Source: a virus
Reading direction: 5' to 3' (one strand)
Virus record (IMG/VR): IMGVR_UViG_3300025133_005699
Location: 41,811 to 105,810 of that record
DNA length: 64,000 bases
Shown: piece by piece, positions 58,465 to 64,000 of the stretch
Layout: each line of letters starts with the position of its first letter
How positions within the stretch are numbered: position 1 is the first letter of the stretch
The notes under the pieces: generated by a model
What the model was told of the DNA's origin: nothing
Databases searched by the model: none
Seen by the model: the letters and a program-made list of their open reading frames with translations, nothing else
Made by a program: the position numbers and the translations under genes

Positions 58465-58752
58465 TCATTCTGAAGATTTTTCGAGAATTTTTTCATTGTC
58501 TTCGTGGTTATTTAGCTTTTCGTACCGTTCTCTAGTTTCTCGAAGCCATTCTTGTTCTTTCTCTCTGCTTTCTCTAAGCTTGAGGTTCAAGAGCACGTCT
58601 ATCTGCTTTGCTTGGTTTATATGTAGCATGTATACATTATTTATTTCTTTTCTTATATCATGTATACTATAGGCTAAAACCCACATTCCAATGGCAATAG
58701 TAACCAGAAGGGCTGCTCGTACATAGGGGGCTATCGATTTTAACAGCTTCAT
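58465..58752 (-). CDS. Membrane-anchored coiled-coil protein (95 aa)
   Basis: N-terminal TM helix followed by a charged coiled coil. SD GAGG. Confidence 0.6.
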   Translation of the reverse strand: MKLLKSIAPYVRAALLVTIAIGMWVLAYSIHDIRKEINNVYMLHINQAKQIDVLLNLKLRESREKEQEWLRETRERYEKLNNHEDNEKILEKSSE

Positions 58753-58777
58753 TTGCTAGGCCCTCATTTTAAAAGTA

Positions 58778-59488
58778 TTAAAAATATTTGACAGGGTTTT
58801 CGTTTTCATCTGTATCTTCCTTTTTGTTTAGCCTCATCAGTATTTTGGAAACGATATCACTCCGAACGATATCCTCATAATCCAATTTGCAAACACCAAC
58901 ACTTGGGATTTCCGAAAGCTTTTTCATGCATGTGTATAGGCCGCCTTGCTGGCTACCTAAGTCTGATTGTCTTAAATCTCCATTGATGACAGCCTTTGAT
59001 TGCTGCCCTATTCTTGTAATAAACATTTTAATCTGCTCAAAAGTGGCATTTTGTGCTTCATCTAAAATCATAAAACATCCATGAAAGTTCCTGCCTCTCA
59101 TGTATTCTAAAGGGCAAAGCTCAATAATGTTCTTTTTTCTATATGCTTCTACTGTCGCTTTGGTCAGATATTTATTCATCTCCTCAAGTATAGGTACTAA
59201 ATAAGGGTTTATTTTTTCCACTAAAGTTCCGGGAAGATGGCCCAAACCCCTACCGCTTTCCACTACCGGGCGAGTAATAATAATCTTATCTATCTTCTTT
59301 TCTATAAGGTATTCACAGGCCATTCCGACAGAAACGCTAGTTTTACCTGAGCCAGCAGGGCCAGAGCAAAAAGTCACGTCGGACTTGTTGATAAACCCCA
59401 TATAGTTTTCTTGGTTCCGTGTCTTAGGTCTTAATATTTTTCTTCTTTGTCTTGTTGTTCGCGGCTTCTTCTGGTTGCGTTTTACCAT
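58778..59488 (-). CDS. phoH: PhoH-family ATPase
   Basis: GPAGSGKT, RPVVE, LGHLPG, YMRGRNF, ILDEAQN, GDLRQSDL, DIVRS. Confidence 0.95.
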   Translation of the reverse strand: MVKRNQKKPRTTRQRRKILRPKTRNQENYMGFINKSDVTFCSGPAGSGKTSVSVGMACEYLIEKKIDKIIITRPVVESGRGLGHLPGTLVEKINPYLVPILEEMNKYLTKATVEAYRKKNIIELCPLEYMRGRNFHGCFMILDEAQNATFEQIKMFITRIGQQSKAVINGDLRQSDLGSQQGGLYTCMKKLSEIPSVGVCKLDYEDIVRSDIVSKILMRLNKKEDTDENENPVKYF

Positions 59489-59509
59489 TAATTATACTCT
59501 AGTAAAGGT

Positions 59510-59782
59510 TTATATTTCAGTAATTCTTAGTTCTTCTTGGCACACAGGACACAGTCCTACAGTATCCCCTTCGTGAAGCCCTTCTTTATGTTGGCCTATT
59601 AAAAGCGCCTGTAGGATTATACTCTGTCTTAGTTTAGTGTCCTCCACTAGACCGTCTAGCGCAGGAATGCTAAGAGAGGGTAATGGTTTTTCCTTGTTCA
59701 GCTCCATAAAGGAGCAAACCGTGAGGGCTATATTAGCTACTGATAGAAATATAATTAAATAGACTGCTTTTTTTGGTGTCAT
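59510..59782 (-). CDS. Membrane-anchored hypothetical protein
   Basis: Likely start MTPKK. TM helix and C-terminal CPVC. Confidence 0.55.
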   Translation of the reverse strand: MTPKKAVYLIIFLSVANIALTVCSFMELNKEKPLPSLSIPALDGLVEDTKLRQSIILQALLIGQHKEGLHEGDTVGLCPVCQEELRITEI

Positions 59783-59783
59783 C

Positions 59784-60164
59784 TTATTTCCTTTCGTTAA
59801 AAGATTGTGATGCTCCTGTTGAAAAATTGAAGGTGTGGACTGCCCCAATGCTCATGTTTGAGTAAGAGATTCCTATCCTAGCATACCTACGGTCTGGAGA
59901 GAGGATAACTGGGCCTGCTGTCATGGAATGACCCTGTGGAAGCACTGATATCATAGGGTAATATCCAACAACTCTATTCTTTTGCCCCAAAAACACACCT
60001 GCTAAAGATGCTCTTCTCCTGTCTCTTGCTAATTCTTTAACCGCAGGGGTGTAAGTAAGACTGTTTAGCTTTTCTCTGAGGGATAATTCTCTTTCCTGTG
60101 CGACCATAAGGGTTGGTAGTAGAACCATAACAATAACAATTAAAGACTTATTAAATATATTCAT
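59784..60164 (-). CDS. Secreted protein with a planctomycete secretin-like SxDRRY motif
   Basis: Signal peptide ending LMVA-Q, followed by VVGYYPMISVLPQG..MTAGPVILSPDRRYARIGIS....I..VHTFNF. Confidence 0.55.
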   Translation of the reverse strand: MNIFNKSLIVIVMVLLPTLMVAQERELSLREKLNSLTYTPAVKELARDRRRASLAGVFLGQKNRVVGYYPMISVLPQGHSMTAGPVILSPDRRYARIGISYSNMSIGAVHTFNFSTGASQSFNERK

Positions 60165-61378
60165 TATGCAAATAGCTCCTTGATAACTTTACCACTGTTA
60201 GCTATCTTCATAGGTCTTCCGCTATTGCTGGTAAAGGTTGTGCTTAAAGAAATACCTAGTGCTTTGCAGACAGATGCCATGACATCCTGAGATGTATAGG
60301 GGTCTGTTATAACCTTGGTGCCATCATCACTTGTTGCTCCTACTGCAATACCACCATTCATGCCTGCACCACCAACCACGACGCTCCAACTACGAGCCCA
60401 GTGATCGCGACCAGCGTTTCCGTTGATACGAGGAGTACGGCTGAATTCACCCATCCAGATGATAGCCGTATCTTTTAATAATTCTCTTTGCTCAAGGTCT
60501 TCAACCAAAGCACTCATTCCTTGGTCAAGCACGGGCAACTTATTATCTTTTAGTGTCGGGTGGATATTTTGGTGATTATCCCACCCTCCTAAATTAACCT
60601 CAATAAAAGGAACTCCGACCTCGACAAGCCTTCTTGCCATTAGGCAACCTTTACCAAACCCATTATCTCCGTACCTTTCTTTAACTGGTTCAGGTTCGCC
60701 TGCAATCTTAAAGGCTTCCATCTGTTCACTTGTAAGAAGATTGAACGTCTGCTTTAATACCGATTGGTGATCCTTAGCAAGAGAGCCTCTTTTCTGATTA
60801 ATGAAATTAGTCTCTAAGAAATCAAGGGCATAAGCTCTTTGAATGAGTCTTGCGTCCACCTTCATGTCTAAATTTCTTATTCTACCATCGCTATTGACAG
60901 AGAAGGGATTATACTGAGCCCCAAGAAAACCTGCTCCCATACTACCTCCTCCGACAGTAACGAATTGAGGTATTTCAATGTCGTCTCGTCGCAACTGGTG
61001 AGACAGCAAAGACCCATAGCTAGGATGTTCCATTGATGGATTAGGGACATATCCTGTGTGCATATAGTAACGCCCACGCATATGGTCTGCTTCGCGAGTA
61101 CTCATCGACCGAATAATAGCCATGTTGTGCATCTGCTTGGCCATCAATGGCATATGTTCACAAATCTGAACATCTCCCGAGGTGCCTATTGGTCTAAATG
61201 GCCCTCCGGTTGCGGCATTTGGTTTTAGATCCCAAATGTCCATAGTAGACGGCCCTCCACCCATCCACAGCAGGATGGCGGATTTCCCATTTTTCTTTAT
61301 CTCTTCCTGATTGGCTTTTAGTGTTTGAAGAAGCCCAAGAACACCAGCGGTGCTCGTTAAAAATTCTCTTCTTTTCAT
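60164..61378 (-). CDS. DUF1501-family protein with Tat-like leader
   Basis: MKRREFL, ILLWMGGGPSTMDIWD, CLMARRLVEVGVPF, GGWDNH, GEFSRTPRIN, GRDHW. Confidence 0.9.
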   Translation of the reverse strand: MKRREFLTSTAGVLGLLQTLKANQEEIKKNGKSAILLWMGGGPSTMDIWDLKPNAATGGPFRPIGTSGDVQICEHMPLMAKQMHNMAIIRSMSTREADHMRGRYYMHTGYVPNPSMEHPSYGSLLSHQLRRDDIEIPQFVTVGGGSMGAGFLGAQYNPFSVNSDGRIRNLDMKVDARLIQRAYALDFLETNFINQKRGSLAKDHQSVLKQTFNLLTSEQMEAFKIAGEPEPVKERYGDNGFGKGCLMARRLVEVGVPFIEVNLGGWDNHQNIHPTLKDNKLPVLDQGMSALVEDLEQRELLKDTAIIWMGEFSRTPRINGNAGRDHWARSWSVVVGGAGMNGGIAVGATSDDGTKVITDPYTSQDVMASVCKALGISLSTTFTSNSGRPMKIANSGKVIKELFA

Positions 61379-61396
61379 TCTAATTCTTCCTTTAAA

Positions 61397-62665
61397 CTAA
61401 ATAATTAATTCTTGTCTTACTTTTCCGCCGTCTATGATTTCAATAGGTCTATCTCCGGGAGCCATTAGCTCTTTATCTGCGACAATACCTAACTGGTTAT
61501 ATATTGTTGTAGCCCAGTCTTTAACGGTTAGAGCATCTTCTTCTGGTTCACTAGCCGTAGCATTAGACTTACCGTAGACTATACCTCTTTTGACTCCCCC
61601 TCCAGCCATAACAACACTAAACACTTTAGGCCAGTGGTCGCGACCAGCGGTAGCATTAATCTTAGGGGTGCGACCAAACTCAGAAGCCATACATATAAGC
61701 GTTGAGTCAAGCATACCTCTATCATCTAGATCTGAAATAAGGGCAGCGAAACCTTGGTCAAGAGCCGGAACCTGTCTTTTAATTCCCTCTTCTATACCAT
61801 TATGCATATCCCACCCACCGTAGGTTAGTGTAACAAACCGAGTACCAGCCTCAACTAAACGTCTCGCAAGCAACATTCTTGCTCCCGCAGTATTACGCCC
61901 ATACTTATCACGAGTAGCAGCATCTTCTTTATTGATATCAAATGCTTCTCTAGCCTTCTGGCTATTAATTAAGCTGTATGCTCTATCATAGAACGTATCG
62001 ACTGCATCGAGCGAGTCTGAATTTTCTTTATTAGCAAAGCGATCATTAACAGTGGCTAGAACCTTCTGTCTCTTGATAAACCGATCATCATTTACTCCGT
62101 CAGGCAGGTTTAAGTCACGTACCCTGAACCCATCACTGGCTGGATCTGCCCCAAGACCAAACCCAGAATATGAACTACTTAAATAACCAGTTCCAGCGTA
62201 TTCATTAGGGGGACTAGGAATACAAACATAAGGAGGAAGGTTTTTTCGTGGGCCAAATTCATGTGACACTACAGAACCTATGCTTGGATACTGGAGGGCT
62301 GGACTAGGGCGATAACCAGTAAACATATTGTGCGTCCCTCTTTCATGAGCTGCTTCACCATGAGTCATTGATCGGCAAATCGCAATCTTATCAGCTATCT
62401 TTGATGTGTTAACCATCATCTCATTAAGCCTTACTCCGGCGACATTGGTTTGAATACTGTCCATCGGCCCACGGTATTCAATTGGAGCGAAGGGTTTTGG
62501 ATCCCAAGTCTCTTGGTGGGCAGAGCCGCCGGGAAGGTAGATAAAGATGACACTTTTTGCTGGCCCTTCCCTGCTCTCATAAAACTTCTGGTCGCCCCGA
62601 ACCTCTAGGGCTTGTAGAAAGCCTAAAACGCCAGCGGTACTCGTTAAAAACTCTCTTCTTTTCAT
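61397..62665 (-). CDS. DUF1501-family protein with Tat-like leader
   Basis: MKRREFL, AKSVIFIYLPGG.AHQETWDPKP, LLARRLVEAGTRFV, GGWDMH, EFGRTPKIN, GRDHWP. Confidence 0.9.
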   Translation of the reverse strand: MKRREFLTSTAGVLGFLQALEVRGDQKFYESREGPAKSVIFIYLPGGSAHQETWDPKPFAPIEYRGPMDSIQTNVAGVRLNEMMVNTSKIADKIAICRSMTHGEAAHERGTHNMFTGYRPSPALQYPSIGSVVSHEFGPRKNLPPYVCIPSPPNEYAGTGYLSSSYSGFGLGADPASDGFRVRDLNLPDGVNDDRFIKRQKVLATVNDRFANKENSDSLDAVDTFYDRAYSLINSQKAREAFDINKEDAATRDKYGRNTAGARMLLARRLVEAGTRFVTLTYGGWDMHNGIEEGIKRQVPALDQGFAALISDLDDRGMLDSTLICMASEFGRTPKINATAGRDHWPKVFSVVMAGGGVKRGIVYGKSNATASEPEEDALTVKDWATTIYNQLGIVADKELMAPGDRPIEIIDGGKVRQELII

Positions 62666-63147
62666 CGCGAACTCCTGTTCATTCTTTGTCTCATATACTC
62701 TCTGATTGCTTCTCTTTCTTTCTCATCTAGTTTTCCATCGTTGTTTTTGTCAAACTTGCTGATAATCTCTTTATATCGAGACTCTCTGTCTGGAGAAGGC
62801 TTACCATGAGAAGGTCTGCCTTGAGGCGATCTAGTGTGCGATGGAGGTCCGAAGCTAGGGGTTCTTCCATCAAAGCCGCGAGTGGGCTTCCTATGTGGGG
62901 GCTGAAAGTTAGGAGTTTTTCCATCAAAGCCACTGGGGCGCTTACCGTGAGGCGATGGACGATCTGTTTTACAACATCCGGGCTTACACTTACAGCCTTT
63001 TTTACAATCACACTTACATGCACGACCGCATTTTTTACAATCTTTACAGGATGCCACCGGAGGCTTGCCCTTTTTGGGGGCAGCAACAAGGCTCATTGGA
63101 ATCATGAGCATTACAGCGACGATAGATATTACATTTCTTCTTTTCAT
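62662..63147 (-). CDS. Secreted protein with a metallothionein-like Cys cluster and an EF-hand
   Basis: MKRRNV leader and signal peptide, CKDCKKCGRACKCDCKKGCKCKPGCC, and EF-hand FDKNNDGKLDEKE. Confidence 0.65.
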   Translation of the reverse strand: MKRRNVISIVAVMLMIPMSLVAAPKKGKPPVASCKDCKKCGRACKCDCKKGCKCKPGCCKTDRPSPHGKRPSGFDGKTPNFQPPHRKPTRGFDGRTPSFGPPSHTRSPQGRPSHGKPSPDRESRYKEIISKFDKNNDGKLDEKEREAIREYMRQRMNRSSR

Positions 63148-63217
63148 CTTCTTCTCCATTCATATTAAAGAATTAATTGATGTTTTTAACTTTAGTATTT
63201 AACACCTGAAAACCACT

Positions 63218-63307
63218 TTAGTTTCGCCAAGATGCTATTACTTTACCCGCTAACCACGATATACGTGAGATAATAGCAAACATCACAATAACTAGAAATG
63301 TTTTCAT
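63218..63307 (-). CDS. Small hydrophobic peptide (29 aa, not in ORF track)
   Basis: Hand translation: MKTFLVIVMFAIISRISWLAGKVIASWRN. SD AAGGTG upstream. Confidence 0.35.
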   Translation of the reverse strand: MKTFLVIVMFAIISRISWLAGKVIASWRN

Positions 63308-63340
63308 TTTCTCACCTTGCTGACCCTCTGGGTCTGATAA

Positions 63341-63604
63341 TTATTCGGGAACGCACTTCCCATCTTTTTCCACATACCCCTCATTGCAGTTAGGTGGATA
63401 GCCCGCCTTTTCATCAGACTCAGATTTATGTTTTATTTGAAAGTCTACCGCAGCAATAAAACTAAGATCCTCTGTAGCCTTACTCATGCAAACAGCATAT
63501 CTTTGTTTATTATCTGGATATTCTTTATTCATGGTGCTGTTACCCATACAGCGTGACATAAAATCGCTTTTATCTTCATTTTCTTTGGTGTTTGGTATTG
63601 GCAT
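63341..63604 (-). CDS. Small phage-type protein (MPIP..E...FMSRCM...EYPD..QR.AVC)
   Basis: Motif type I recall from phage hypothetical/head-associated proteins. TAATG-coupled. Confidence 0.6.
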   Translation of the reverse strand: MPIPNTKENEDKSDFMSRCMGNSTMNKEYPDNKQRYAVCMSKATEDLSFIAAVDFQIKHKSESDEKAGYPPNCNEGYVEKDGKCVPE

Positions 63605-64000
63605 TATAAAATTACCTTTGCTTCCCCTTCTAGTAAATATCTAGGTCGCCCACTGTTGTCTACCCTCATGGTTCCTTTGTCTATTCCAAAATGATCGAAC
63701 AGGGTCGCTTGAAGGTCGATTGGTCCAACAGGGTTCTCTATTGGGCTATATGACCTATCTGCTGCGCCAATCGTTCTACCGGATTGATATTCTCCACCAG
63801 CCATAAGCATTGGGGTAATTGAAGGCCAGTGATCTCTACCCGAGTTTGCGTTGAATTTGGTTCTTCCAAACTCACCAGTAACAACAAGAATAATTTTCTC
63901 ATTTAATCCACGATCCCAAACATCTTGTAGGAATCCAGCTATAGCCTTATCGATTGGGGGAGCTTTAGTTTTCATAGCTGTAGAGATATTGCTATGCATG
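63604..64000 (-). CDS. DUF1501-family protein, C-terminal part (5'-truncated by window edge)
   Basis: (WD)MHSNI...IDKAIAGFLQD...GEFGRT...GRDHWP...GRP. Confidence 0.85.
   Translation of the reverse strand, partial: MHSNISTAMKTKAPPIDKAIAGFLQDVWDRGLNEKIILVVTGEFGRTKFNANSGRDHWPSITPMLMAGGEYQSGRTIGAADRSYSPIENPVGPIDLQATLFDHFGIDKGTMRVDNSGRPRYLLEGEAKVIL

Noticed and set aside
59489-59500. TATAAT just upstream of phoH as a promoter or Pho box
   Set aside because: Only 2 nt from the ATG, with no -35 element or Pho-box direct repeats.
26555-63168. Plus-strand ORFs within the minus arm (e.g. 38403..38966, 39700..40290, 55733..56188)
   Set aside because: Antisense to well-supported genes.
1-64000. Stop-codon reassignment, tRNA genes, or a diversity-generating retroelement
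   Set aside because: Genes are intact in code 11 and end in TAA, TAG and TGA. I noticed no cloverleaf in the short intergenic gaps, and no reverse transcriptase or TR/VR pair.

Overview
This window is a gene-dense segment of a large tailed-phage genome in the standard genetic code. I saw no rRNA, tRNA or CRISPR array. Two arms converge on back-to-back intrinsic terminators near 25 kb. The + strand arm (1-24.9 kb) is virion morphogenesis: the 3' part of a tape-measure-like gene, a 3087-aa protein with FG-GAP-like and Ser-Gly-rich repeats, several large putative tail/baseplate proteins, and a possible -1 frameshift fusion. The - strand arm (64 kb to 25 kb) carries, in order of transcription: three DUF1501 genes (two with visible Tat-like leaders) plus other planctomycete-type secreted proteins; PhoH; an FmdB-type regulator; RecA; DnaB; DnaG; dNMP kinase; a Cas4/AddB-like nuclease; an intein-less split DnaE with a DnaQ-like exonuclease gene between the halves; SSB; a sigma factor; and a ~16.5-kb, 18-gene glycosylation island (GT4 x3, GT2, GT10, GT25, GT47/exostosin x2, ColD-like dehydratase, GDP-fucose/colitose synthase, nucleotidyltransferase, methyltransferase-like genes). 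Host cues point to Planctomycetota (inference). The best candidates for undescribed biology are a phage colitose/fucose glycan pathway that may target SG-rich virion proteins, the split DnaE+DnaQ polymerase, and the DUF1501/secretin-motif periplasmic module. All family calls come from motif recognition by eye; no database searches were run.
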